A stretch of 64,000 nt of DNA from an uncultured Candidatus Saccharibacteria bacterium. GTDB taxonomy: Bacteria; Patescibacteriota; Minisyncoccia; Phycocordibacterales; PALSA-1337. Where the stretch lies: assembly GCA_964600255.1 (NCBI GenBank), contig CAZRIX010000002.1:34067-98066 (forward strand). Direction: 5' to 3'. Every line of letters begins with the position of its first letter. Within the stretch, counting starts at the first letter, position 1. A program made the translations under genes and the position numbers. A model generated the notes under the pieces. The model had not been told where the DNA came from, ran no database searches, and worked only from the letters and a program-made list of their open reading frames with translations. Of this stretch, positions 18,056 through 27,476 are shown one piece after another.

Positions 18056-19051
18056 ATGAAAAAAATAAAAGTTGCAATAAATGGTTTCGGTAGAATCGGA
18101 AGAGCTTTTTATAAACTATCAAAAGAGAATCCAGAGTTAGAGGTTGTTGCAGTAAATGACCTCACATCGATAGAGAATGTGGAGTATCTCTTAAAGTACG
18201 ACTCTGCATATGGTCAAACAAAGTATACCCTCGAAGGCGTAAAGTATATTAGCGAGAAAGATCCTACAAAACTTCCATGGAAGGAATTGGGTATAGATGT
18301 TGTTGTAGAGTCTACTGGACTCTTTACTTCAAGTGAAAAGGCTCAAGCTCACATTGTAGCTGGAGCGAAGAGAGTCGTAGTTACAGCACCGATAAAAGAC
18401 GAACCAGGATCAGCTATCAAGGGCGAGACTATTTTGATGGCAATGAATGAGGACAAGCTTGCGAACTGCCAGATTTCATCAAATGCTAGTTGTACAACAA
18501 ATGCTGGAAGTCCACTACTAGCCATCCTAGATGAAGCAATTGGTGTAGAGAAGGCACTTTTGAATACCGTTCATGCCTACACAGCAAGCCAGTCACTAGT
18601 AGATGGTCCAAGCAAGAAGGATATGCGAGAAGGACGTGCAGCTGCTCAGAACATCGTACCTTCATCAACAGGTGCGGCTATTGCTGTAACAAAGATCATG
18701 ACAGGATTAAAGGGACTTTTCGATGGAATCTCTATCCGTGTTCCAGTAGTTACAGGGTCAGTAGTAGACATTACTTTTATTTCAAAGAGAGATACAACAG
18801 CTGAGGAAGTAAATGAAATATTAAAAAAGGCAGCCGCTCTACCAAGATGGAAGGGGATATTTACAGTTACAGAAGAAGACCTGGTGTCTTCAGATATAAA
18901 GGGTAATCCACATGCGTCAATAGCAGACCTAGCATTTACAAGGGTAGTAGGAGGTAACCTAGTGAAAGTATTGGGTTGGTATGATAATGAGATGGGGTAT
19001 ACAAATACCTTGGTGAGACATGTGATTGAGGCGGGGAAGTTAATTAATTAA
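18056..19051 (+). CDS. gap: Glyceraldehyde-3-phosphate dehydrogenase type I
   Basis: INGFGRIGR, SNASCTTN, WYDNEMGY. Confidence 0.97.
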   Translation: MKKIKVAINGFGRIGRAFYKLSKENPELEVVAVNDLTSIENVEYLLKYDSAYGQTKYTLEGVKYISEKDPTKLPWKELGIDVVVESTGLFTSSEKAQAHIVAGAKRVVVTAPIKDEPGSAIKGETILMAMNEDKLANCQISSNASCTTNAGSPLLAILDEAIGVEKALLNTVHAYTASQSLVDGPSKKDMREGRAAAQNIVPSSTGAAIAVTKIMTGLKGLFDGISIRVPVVTGSVVDITFISKRDTTAEEVNEILKKAAALPRWKGIFTVTEEDLVSSDIKGNPHASIADLAFTRVVGGNLVKVLGWYDNEMGYTNTLVRHVIEAGKLIN

Positions 19052-19052
19052 A

Positions 19053-19307
19053 ATGAAACAGAAAAGATATTGGTTAAGAATTGGGATGCTTGGAATCATA
19101 CTCGGACCAATTGTCTGGTTTTGCTATTTAAAATTAGCAATTCCCACCTCGGTTGAAGTTACGGAACTTCCATTATATGATGCAATAGTACTCGGTCTGA
19201 TAGTTTACGGATCAGCTGCATTAATAGGATTTATCGTCGGATCAATAATTGGTTGGATTTACGATAGTGTGAAAAAAAGAAAGTATATAGTAAGTGGAGA
19301 TAAATAA
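19053..19307 (+). CDS. Small two-TM membrane protein
   Basis: Two hydrophobic segments; starts 1 nt after the gap stop. Confidence 0.65.
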   Translation: MKQKRYWLRIGMLGIILGPIVWFCYLKLAIPTSVEVTELPLYDAIVLGLIVYGSAALIGFIVGSIIGWIYDSVKKRKYIVSGDK

Positions 19308-19311
19308 ATAT

Positions 19312-19548
19312 ATGGATAATACAACAAATAAAATAGAATATTTTAATAAGCGAGCAAGACTTATACTGGATGAACGTAAAACACCAGGACAAGATGCTCA
19401 AATATACTCTGATCTCGGAGATGCTCTTGCATTGATCTCAAATAGGGTATTTGATCTTGGAATCGAGTCTGCTCAAAGGGTTTGCATGGCATTGAAAGAT
19501 GAAGAATTAAACAAAATTTTTGAAGAGTTAAAAACCATAACTAAATAG
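19312..19548 (+). CDS. Hypothetical protein
   Basis: ATG 19312 lies 4 nt after the previous stop; host-like codon usage. Confidence 0.6.
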   Translation: MDNTTNKIEYFNKRARLILDERKTPGQDAQIYSDLGDALALISNRVFDLGIESAQRVCMALKDEELNKIFEELKTITK

Positions 19549-19655
19549 AGCAGAAAATCCGTAATGTAAACATATCTTGCTCTATTATACAATCTATGGT
19601 ATTGTGTGGTCTGCAGTTTTAGAGAAAATCAGTAAAAATCAACAGTTCATTTGTT

Positions 19656-20051
19656 ATGAAAAGTGCGATTCGTCTATTGGCCATCATTGGCCTGCTCTTG
19701 GGAATCAACATCGGTTCAAGTGCTGCAGACATGCGCAGTGTGTTTGAGTCCCCGAAGTCTACTGCCTCGATGCCTGGCAAGGTCGTGTTCGACCGCGACA
19801 TCGAGGGTTCGAAGTTTGTGGCTATCAAGTCCGGCAAGACCACGTACGTCCAGTATATGCTGGCTACGGATGTGAATCTTTACTCGATCGACCCCGTGAG
19901 TGGTGGTTCTTGCATCACCCTTAGGAAGGACAAGCGTCGTACCATCGTCTTCTTTCCCATCCCGTTCCCGGACAACAAGGATGAGAGCGTTGAGTGGGTA
20001 CAGCTCGAGGAAGCCGATTTCAAGAAGTTGATCGAGGCTCTCAAACCCTGA
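19656..20051 (+). CDS. Orphan secreted protein
   Basis: Signal peptide MKSAIRLLAIIGLLLG..SSAA; GC-rich codons; promoter TTGCTC...TGG-TATTGT; terminator CCCGGC...GCCGGG-TTCTTTTTT. Confidence 0.75.
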   Translation: MKSAIRLLAIIGLLLGINIGSSAADMRSVFESPKSTASMPGKVVFDRDIEGSKFVAIKSGKTTYVQYMLATDVNLYSIDPVSGGSCITLRKDKRRTIVFFPIPFPDNKDESVEWVQLEEADFKKLIEALKP

Positions 20052-20140
20052 ACCTTCTCATCCCCCCACCCACAAGTCCCCGGCTGCGCCAAAAGCGTAC
20101 GCCGGGTTCTTTTTTATATTTATTGTGATAAAATACCAAC

Positions 20141-20590
20141 ATGAAAATATTACTTGCTAGTGACCATGCTGGTTTCAAGATGAAAGAGGAAATCAAGGCA
20201 TTTCTAAACGCTGAAAATTTTAATATTGAAGACCTCGGTGCACATGTTTTTGCGGAGAATGATGACTACCCTGAGATCATGCTTCCAGTTGCAATGAGAA
20301 TCGTGAATGACCCTGTTGGTACAAAGGCAGTTATTTTTGGCAAAAGTGGCAATGGTGAGGCTATGATCTGCAACAGATTACCCGGAGTTAGGGCTGCTGT
20401 TTACCACGGAGGCAACCTCGAGATAGTAAGACTATCTAGAATGCATAATGATGCCAATATCCTATCAATCGGTGCTGGTTTTATGGAAGACGAAGAAGTA
20501 AAGGAGGCTGTGAGACTTTGGATATCTACGCCATTTAGTAATGAGGAAAGGCACATCAGAAGAATAGAAAAGCTAGATGCTATAGAATAG
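20141..20590 (+). CDS. rpiB: Ribose-5-phosphate isomerase B
   Basis: ASDHAG, DDYP, GKSGNGE, HNDANIL, RHIRRI. Confidence 0.93.
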   Translation: MKILLASDHAGFKMKEEIKAFLNAENFNIEDLGAHVFAENDDYPEIMLPVAMRIVNDPVGTKAVIFGKSGNGEAMICNRLPGVRAAVYHGGNLEIVRLSRMHNDANILSIGAGFMEDEEVKEAVRLWISTPFSNEERHIRRIEKLDAIE

Positions 20591-20604
20591 TCTTGAATAT
20601 TAAA

Positions 20605-21282
20605 ATGGAAATCATACCTGCAATATTGCCTAAGAATTTTAGAGAAATAGAGGAAAAGATCGGACTTTTGGTTGGATTGAGTAAAAAAGTACAAGTAGAC
20701 ATTTGTGATGGAAAATTTGTACCAAGTATTACATGGCCATATTGGAAAGCTAACGAAAGACCAGATGAAAACTTCGAGGCAATCCTCAGGGAAGAAAGAG
20801 GTATGCCAGAGTGGGAGGATTTTGACTATGAATTCGATCTAATGATAGAGAATCCTACTGCAGACGACGCTAGAAAGTGGCTTTCTGCTGGTGCGGAGAG
20901 AATAATACTACATCTACACTCATCAAAAGACTTAGATCCAGTTATAGGAGTATTGGACGGCCTGGTACAGATAGGAATCGCAATAAATTCGACTACTGAT
21001 GTTAACGATTTGAAAAAATACGCTGATAGAATTCAATACGTACAGGTAATGGGTATAAGAAAAGCTGGATTCCAAAGGCAGAAATTTGAAATGGCAACGT
21101 TGGATAAAGTTAAAGAAGTCAAAACCACATTTCCAAATCTACAGGTACAGGTTGATGGAGGTGTAACCCTAGAAACTGCAGAAATGCTGAAGGAAGCTGG
21201 AGTAGATCGAGTTGTTGCTGGCTCTGCTGTTTTTGATTCAACCGATATTGTGGATACCTTGGAACAATTCAGAAGTATTTAG
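20605..21282 (+). CDS. rpe: Ribulose-phosphate 3-epimerase
   Basis: IIPAIL, QVDICDGKFVP, QVMG..AGFQ, QVDGGV, VAGSAVF. Confidence 0.88.
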   Translation: MEIIPAILPKNFREIEEKIGLLVGLSKKVQVDICDGKFVPSITWPYWKANERPDENFEAILREERGMPEWEDFDYEFDLMIENPTADDARKWLSAGAERIILHLHSSKDLDPVIGVLDGLVQIGIAINSTTDVNDLKKYADRIQYVQVMGIRKAGFQRQKFEMATLDKVKEVKTTFPNLQVQVDGGVTLETAEMLKEAGVDRVVAGSAVFDSTDIVDTLEQFRSI

Positions 21283-21299
21283 GTGCTATAATATAGCAA

Positions 21300-22151
21300 A
21301 TGCCACTGAACCCACTAAATGATGAGAAAGCCAAACTTCTTTTTGATAAGGCTTACGCCATAAGAAAGTCTATTATTGAAATGCTCATAGAGGCAAAAAG
21401 TGGTCACACGGCAGGACCTCTGGATATGGCTGATATTTTTGCATATTTGTACTTTCATGCATTAAGACATGATCCAAAAAAGCCCGATTGGGAATACAGA
21501 GACAGACTAGTGCTTTCAAATGGGCATATTTGTCCAGTTCTGTATGCAACAATGGCCCATGCAGGATATTTCCCCGTTGAGGAACTCAAAACTCTTCGCA
21601 AGTTCAAGTCTCGTCTGCAAGGTCATCCACATCGCGAATTTCTACCAATGCTCGAGAATTCATCTGGACCACTAGGATCTGGACTATCTCAGGCTGTAGG
21701 AATGGCACTAGCTGAAAGAATTGACCATGGCAAAACATCAAGCAAACAATTCGTCTGCCTTTTGGGTGATGGAGAACTCGATGAAGGTCAGAATTGGGAG
21801 GCTATAATGCTTGCTGGCAAGGAAAAAATCCAAAATCTCACAGTTTTTGTAGATAGAAACAATATTCAAATAGATGGTTTTACCGAGGATGTTATGCCAC
21901 TCAATCCACTTGCTGATAAGTGGCGTTCTTTCAACTGGCATGTGCAGGAAATTGACGGGCACAATTTCCGCGCTATCGATGAGGCTTGGGGACAAGCTCA
22001 GGCTGTGTTCGACAAGCCTTCGGTGATAATAGCAAATACAATATCATCAAAGGGAATTCGGGATTATGAGCGCAAATACGAATGGCATGGCAAACCACCA
22101 ACAGCTCCAGAGGAGATAAAGGTGGCAAAGCATGCATTTGGAATTATTTAA
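21300..22151 (+). CDS. Transketolase, N-terminal (TPP-binding) subunit
   Basis: SGH, DRLVLSNGH, LQGHP, GDGELDEGQNWEA. Confidence 0.95.
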   Translation: MPLNPLNDEKAKLLFDKAYAIRKSIIEMLIEAKSGHTAGPLDMADIFAYLYFHALRHDPKKPDWEYRDRLVLSNGHICPVLYATMAHAGYFPVEELKTLRKFKSRLQGHPHREFLPMLENSSGPLGSGLSQAVGMALAERIDHGKTSSKQFVCLLGDGELDEGQNWEAIMLAGKEKIQNLTVFVDRNNIQIDGFTEDVMPLNPLADKWRSFNWHVQEIDGHNFRAIDEAWGQAQAVFDKPSVIIANTISSKGIRDYERKYEWHGKPPTAPEEIKVAKHAFGII

Positions 22152-22160
22152 TATAAAATT

Positions 22161-22421
22161 ATGAAAATATTTGAAATCATTTTAAAAGTTTTGTTTCTGG
22201 CTGGGTCTATTTATTCAATTCGTGCCGAATCTATACAAACCCCATACTTGATCGCATATTTGGTCATATGTTTGGTACTTGGAGTTGTTCTATTCTTCAA
22301 CAAAAAGCAAAGTTATGGCTATGAACTAGCAAATAGAGAGATTGTGATCAGGAAGATTGAGGGAGTACTGCTAGGGGTTTTTGCTATATTCGCTTTCATT
22401 GTTCAAGTACTTAACTTTTAA
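22161..22421 (+). CDS. Small three-TM membrane protein between transketolase halves
   Basis: Three hydrophobic segments; gaps of 9 and 6 nt to its neighbours. Confidence 0.65.
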   Translation: MKIFEIILKVLFLAGSIYSIRAESIQTPYLIAYLVICLVLGVVLFFNKKQSYGYELANREIVIRKIEGVLLGVFAIFAFIVQVLNF

Positions 22422-22427
22422 TCAGAA

Positions 22428-23423
22428 ATGTTAAACGCAATTCAAAAACTTAATCCAAAACTATTCGACAAGGATGTCGAGCAACTTCCTATTCGCAAGG
22501 GATTTGGCGAAGGGCTTTTGAAAGCTGGGGAAAATGATAAAAGAGTGGTTGGGTTGTGTGCTGACCTGACTGAATCGACATACATGCACCTTTTTAAAGA
22601 GAAATTTCCTGAAAGGTTCATTGAGATGGGTATTGCTGAGCAGAATCTTGCTAGTGTGGCATCTGGAATGGCTGCTATGGGTAAGATTCCATTCATTACT
22701 TCATATGCAATGTTTTCTCCAGGTAGAAATTGGGAGCAGATTCGTACTACGATCTGCTATAACGACCGTCCAGTGAAGATTGCAGGCTCACACGCTGGAA
22801 TCTCGGTCGGACCTGACGGAGGAACTCATCAAGCTATCGAGGATATCGCTATTACTCGTGTAATTCCAAATATGGTAGTTATCTCTCCATGTGACGCAAT
22901 AGAGGCACGCAAAGCCACTATCGCATGTGCAAGTACAAATTTTCCTACATATCTACGTCTAGCAAGAAACAATACCCCAGTTATAACTACAAACGAGAGT
23001 CCGTTCGAAATCGGCAAGGCTCAGTTATTGTTCTCATCCACCAAGAAGGCTGAAGTGGGAATAATAGTCACTGGGGCTCTGACATACAGGGCTTTAAAGG
23101 TTGCAAACGAGTTAGAGAAGGTAGGAAAGTCCGTTAAGGTTCTAAACATCAGTACTATAAAGCCACTAGATGAACAAGCTGTATGGCAACTGGCTCATGA
23201 AGCCGGAGCTATCGTTACCGTGGAGGAGCATCAGATCGCTGGAGGTCTCGGGGGATCGGTGGCGGAGTGTCTAGCAAAGCATTATCCGACGCCAATGGAA
23301 TTTGTTGGGGTAAAGGATCTATTCGGACAATCTGGAACACCAGATGAGCTCGTAGAACACTATGGAATGGGTGAAAAAGACATACTTTCTGCTGTGCATA
23401 AGGTAATGTTGCGAAAAAAATAA
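22428..23423 (+). CDS. Transketolase, C-terminal subunit
   Basis: ADLTES, GIAEQN, GPDGGTHQAIED, EEHQIAGGLG. Confidence 0.95.
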   Translation: MLNAIQKLNPKLFDKDVEQLPIRKGFGEGLLKAGENDKRVVGLCADLTESTYMHLFKEKFPERFIEMGIAEQNLASVASGMAAMGKIPFITSYAMFSPGRNWEQIRTTICYNDRPVKIAGSHAGISVGPDGGTHQAIEDIAITRVIPNMVVISPCDAIEARKATIACASTNFPTYLRLARNNTPVITTNESPFEIGKAQLLFSSTKKAEVGIIVTGALTYRALKVANELEKVGKSVKVLNISTIKPLDEQAVWQLAHEAGAIVTVEEHQIAGGLGGSVAECLAKHYPTPMEFVGVKDLFGQSGTPDELVEHYGMGEKDILSAVHKVMLRKK

Positions 23424-23619
23424 AATCTGGTATATTTTTTACATGAATTTTTATTCACAAACCAACTATCACGTGATTAGTCTCTTCTGGCCAAAAAGTT
23501 CCAGAGTTGGTATTGTGATGTATCTATAATCGATAAATCTCAATAACGAGCTCTGGAACAACCCAGGGCTCGTTCTGTATTGGAATACAGAAGCACAAAA
23601 ACATCAGAACAAGTTTGTT

Positions 23620-23913
23620 ATGAGTGATGAAATGTTTAGGAACAAAGCATTGACGACTCCAGTCGATGGCAGGCCAACTCATGGCCTCATCGGCTGGAAG
23701 GTTATTGATGGGATACCGATGGAGTATATCTACATTACAGAAAAGAGGGGTTGGGTACTTATGGAGACACATCGCAAGGAGAAAGAGGAAGCGAAGGCTA
23801 GAAACATCGAACTCTACTCCAGGCCACGAGAACTTCCTCAAGAGAATAGTACAGGTAATTGCGGTACCGCAAGGCTATTCTGGAGAGTAAGTCCTTTTGG
23901 AAGCGCATGGTAG
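23620..23913 (+). CDS. Orphan protein
   Basis: Long structured leader; terminator CACCACCTC-GAAA-GAGGTGGTG-ATTTTTT. Confidence 0.6.
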   Translation: MSDEMFRNKALTTPVDGRPTHGLIGWKVIDGIPMEYIYITEKRGWVLMETHRKEKEEAKARNIELYSRPRELPQENSTGNCGTARLFWRVSPFGSAW

Positions 23914-24021
23914 CTCCAAGACCAGTTCTTAATCCACCACCTCGAAAGAGGTGGTGATTTTTTATATATAAAAGAAAGCAGCGTCCGTTTCCGAACGCTG
24001 CTGCAGGAGTGGCTCCTAACT

Positions 24022-24486
24022 CTACCAATTCGCTTTCCACTGATCCACGATGTATTTCAGAGAATCGAACTCGGTACCAGCTTGAATTTCCGGCAAGACC
24101 CTGGTGTTGCTGATTCTAGCACCGAAGTAACGCTCAAACTCCTTCCTCTGAGAAGGATGTAGGACAATCACCCTGAGCAAGGTCCTGTCACTACCGACCG
24201 TGATGTTTTGGACAGCTTCCACAACTTGCAGTGACTGGCAGTAAACACCTGTCCTCCTCAACTCCTTCAGTGCTCCATACCAGGCATGTCGATTCTCGAC
24301 ACGACTCGTAATAACTACCGAGACCGCCTTGAGGTGTTGGATCGCAAACGCGACTCTTTCCGCAAGGTCAGATGGTATTTCACCCCAATGATAATCCTGC
24401 ATGTGGTGCGCGATCGTACTGCACAAGCCTTCGCTAAACATAGCTTGGACTCGGGATGCATTTATCCCATGTTGGCTGTTCGACAT
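24022..24486 (-). CDS. Orphan protein
   Basis: Minus-strand promoter TTGACA-N16-TACTAT; terminator GCAGCGTTC...GGACGCTGC-TTTC. Start codon uncertain. Confidence 0.6.
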   Translation of the reverse strand: MSNSQHGINASRVQAMFSEGLCSTIAHHMQDYHWGEIPSDLAERVAFAIQHLKAVSVVITSRVENRHAWYGALKELRRTGVYCQSLQVVEAVQNITVGSDRTLLRVIVLHPSQRKEFERYFGARISNTRVLPEIQAGTEFDSLKYIVDQWKANW

Positions 24487-24644
24487 AATCAATGTACTAT
24501 AACCCAATCGGCTACCAAGTCACAGCGTACACACGTACACCAGAAAAATTGATAAGCAAAAGGATTGTTCAAAAAAATAGTATCATTGTAATGTAGACTG
24601 TCAATACTAATCAAATACGCGAATATAAGATATAGTTATGTCAA

Positions 24645-26657
24645 ATGCCACTTTTTGACCTATCCAAAAACATGTCTCCTGCGGGAGATCAACCAAAAGC
24701 GATCGAGGCACTGACCAAGGGTCTCAAGAAAGGTTTGCGCAAGCAGACTCTATTTGGCGTTACAGGATCAGGTAAAACATTTACTATGGCGAACGTTATA
24801 GCCAATAACGGCAAGCCTACATTGATCATTGCTCATAACAAAACATTAGCTGCTCAACTTGCTCAAGAGTATAGAGAATTTTTCCCAAACAATGCCGTAC
24901 ACTATTTCGTATCATATTACGACTACTATCAACCAGAAGCTTACATGCCAGTGACTGATACATATATTGAGAAGGAAGCTATGATCAATGAAGAAATAGA
25001 TCGTTTAAGACATGCCTCAACACAAGCACTACTTACTAGAAAAGATGTAATCATTGTCGCTTCCGTTTCTTGTATATATGGATTGGGAAGTCCAGAAGAG
25101 TATGAAAAAGTGAATATGAAGATTGCGGTTGGTATGGAGGTCTCTAGAACTGAATTGATACGCAAGCTTATCGATATACATTTTGAAAGAACAAATGCCG
25201 ATATCAATGCAGGACAATTCCGTGCTTTGGGAAATATGATTGAGATAATGCCTGTAAGTGATCGAACAATCTATAGAATAGAATATGATGCAAGTACTAT
25301 ATCGAAAATCATTGAGCTTGACCCTGTAACTATGTCTATACGTGGCGAGCACGAGATAATTTTTCTTTTCCCAGCAAAACATTTCATATCTACAGATGAG
25401 CAGTCAAAAAGAGCTTTCAATACCATCAAGACTGAGCTCGAATCAAGATTAAAGGAATTGGAAAAGGCCGGAAAGAATCTCGAGGCTGAAAGATTGAAGA
25501 GGCGAGTAAAATATGATCTGGCACTTATCAAAGAAGTTGGGTACTGCAATGGTATAGAGAATTACTCAAGACATTTCTCTGGCAAAAAAGCCGGCGAAGC
25601 ACCTGATTCTCTTTTGGCATATTTCCCCCACAAAGCTGATGGAACTCCAGACTTCCTAACTGTTATAGACGAATCACACGTAACTGTTCCACAACTAGGT
25701 GGAATGTATGCAGGGGACGCTTCACGTAAAGACACCTTGATCGAGTACGGTTTCCGCCTTCCATCAGCTCGTGACAATCGCCCGATGAAGTTTGAAGAGT
25801 TCGAGAAGGCAGTTGGCCAGGTAATTTACACTACCGCAACCCCCGGCAAGTTCGAGAAGGAACATTCAGAACAAGTTGTTGAGCAAATCATTCGCCCAAC
25901 AGGTCTGATAGACCCTGTGATAGATGTTCGTCCTGTAGCAGAGAAAGGGAACTATAAGGGGCAGATTTTTGACTTTATAGAGCAAGCCGAGGCTGTGATA
26001 AAGAAAGGCGATCGCGTAATTGCAACAACTCTAACCAAGAAAATGGCAGAGGATTTGAGTGAATATTTGAAAGAAAAAAAGATTAAAGCAGAATATCTAC
26101 ATAGCGATATCAAAACTATTGATAGAATTACGATTTTAACTGAATTCCGTCGTGGTAAATTCGACGTTCTAGTTGGAGTTAATCTACTTCGAGAAGGTTT
26201 GGATCTTCCAGAAGTTTCTTTGATTGGAATTCTTGATGCTGATAAGGCTGGATTCCTGCGTTCAGAAACTTCTCTCATTCAAATCATCGGTCGTGCAGCG
26301 CGTAATGTGAATGGCCGAGTTATCCTTTATGCTGATGTTATGAACGATGCTCTCAACTATGCAATCGCCGAAACTGAGCGTCGTCGCAAGATACAAACTG
26401 ATTACAATACAAAGCATGGTATAACTCCAAAGACGATAATAAAGAAAATTCAAGATATTACTGATCAACTTCAGACTGAGCACGATAAAGCCGTGAATGA
26501 GCTAGTGAAGATAGACGAAAAAATGATGGCGGAGAATCCAAAGAAGCTTATCAAGATGAAAGAAGATGAAATGAGCGAGGCTGTGAAGGTCCTAGACTTT
26601 GAAACTGCAGCTATGCTCCGAGATGAGATTGCGATACTAAAGAAAAGAATGGTATAA
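24645..26657 (+). CDS. uvrB: Excinuclease ABC subunit B
   Basis: GVTGSGKT, YYDYYQPEAY beta-hairpin, DESH, QIIGRAAR, C-terminal UVR domain. Confidence 0.98.
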   Translation: MPLFDLSKNMSPAGDQPKAIEALTKGLKKGLRKQTLFGVTGSGKTFTMANVIANNGKPTLIIAHNKTLAAQLAQEYREFFPNNAVHYFVSYYDYYQPEAYMPVTDTYIEKEAMINEEIDRLRHASTQALLTRKDVIIVASVSCIYGLGSPEEYEKVNMKIAVGMEVSRTELIRKLIDIHFERTNADINAGQFRALGNMIEIMPVSDRTIYRIEYDASTISKIIELDPVTMSIRGEHEIIFLFPAKHFISTDEQSKRAFNTIKTELESRLKELEKAGKNLEAERLKRRVKYDLALIKEVGYCNGIENYSRHFSGKKAGEAPDSLLAYFPHKADGTPDFLTVIDESHVTVPQLGGMYAGDASRKDTLIEYGFRLPSARDNRPMKFEEFEKAVGQVIYTTATPGKFEKEHSEQVVEQIIRPTGLIDPVIDVRPVAEKGNYKGQIFDFIEQAEAVIKKGDRVIATTLTKKMAEDLSEYLKEKKIKAEYLHSDIKTIDRITILTEFRRGKFDVLVGVNLLREGLDLPEVSLIGILDADKAGFLRSETSLIQIIGRAARNVNGRVILYADVMNDALNYAIAETERRRKIQTDYNTKHGITPKTIIKKIQDITDQLQTEHDKAVNELVKIDEKMMAENPKKLIKMKEDEMSEAVKVLDFETAAMLRDEIAILKKRMV

Positions 26658-26664
26658 TCTTGCC

Positions 26665-27441
26665 ATGAGAGAAAAAGTACTAGTCGCTATAAGTGACTTG
26701 AATCTAGCAAAAGTATTATTAGAACAAGTTTCTAAAGAAGGTTTTGATGCTTACAGTGTTGTTAGCGGTTCAGATGTGATTCCGAAAATGAAAGAGGTCA
26801 AGCCAGATATACTTTTGATAGATACGATGCTTCCAGATATGAATGGTTATGACGTTTTAAACGAGAAAAGTTTGGATAAGGATGTAACAAAGATTCCAGT
26901 TATAGTTATTTCAAATTCCGGAGCACCAATACATGTAAACAAGATTCCATCTACACCGATGATGCGAGATTACATCGTCAAAGCGCACATAGAGCCGTCT
27001 GAAGTTATAGAAAAGATAAACAAGGTATTCGGTAAGTCATTAAATACTGCAGATTCAGCGAAGCAGAGCACTGGTGGAAAAAAGATTCTATGGGTAGAGG
27101 ACGATAGACTTTTGAGTACAATACTATCAAAGAAAATAACTGCATCAGGGTATACATTACTAAAGGCAAATCAGGGTGACGATGCATTTAAAATATTGGA
27201 AAAAGATACACCTGACCTCATAATGCTAGACATAATGCTACCTGGAATGACTGGGCTTGAGGTTCTACAGAAGATCAAAATGGATACAAAGTTCAAAAAC
27301 ATTCCAGTTATCATGCTTTCAAATACCAACAAGCAAAGCTATATAGAGAATGCAAAAATGTTGGGAGCTAACAAGTTTTTGGTAAAGGCTGCAGTATCAC
27401 TAGATGAAATCATAGCTGAAGTAGATAGACTAGCGAAATAG
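26665..27441 (+). CDS. Tandem receiver-domain protein (no output domain)
   Basis: Two REC domains (PDILLIDTMLP; WVEDD...PDLIMLDIMLP...FLVK). Confidence 0.88.
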   Translation: MREKVLVAISDLNLAKVLLEQVSKEGFDAYSVVSGSDVIPKMKEVKPDILLIDTMLPDMNGYDVLNEKSLDKDVTKIPVIVISNSGAPIHVNKIPSTPMMRDYIVKAHIEPSEVIEKINKVFGKSLNTADSAKQSTGGKKILWVEDDRLLSTILSKKITASGYTLLKANQGDDAFKILEKDTPDLIMLDIMLPGMTGLEVLQKIKMDTKFKNIPVIMLSNTNKQSYIENAKMLGANKFLVKAAVSLDEIIAEVDRLAK

Positions 27442-27476
27442 TCACGAGACTGATATAGTAGGCTATTATACAAAAT

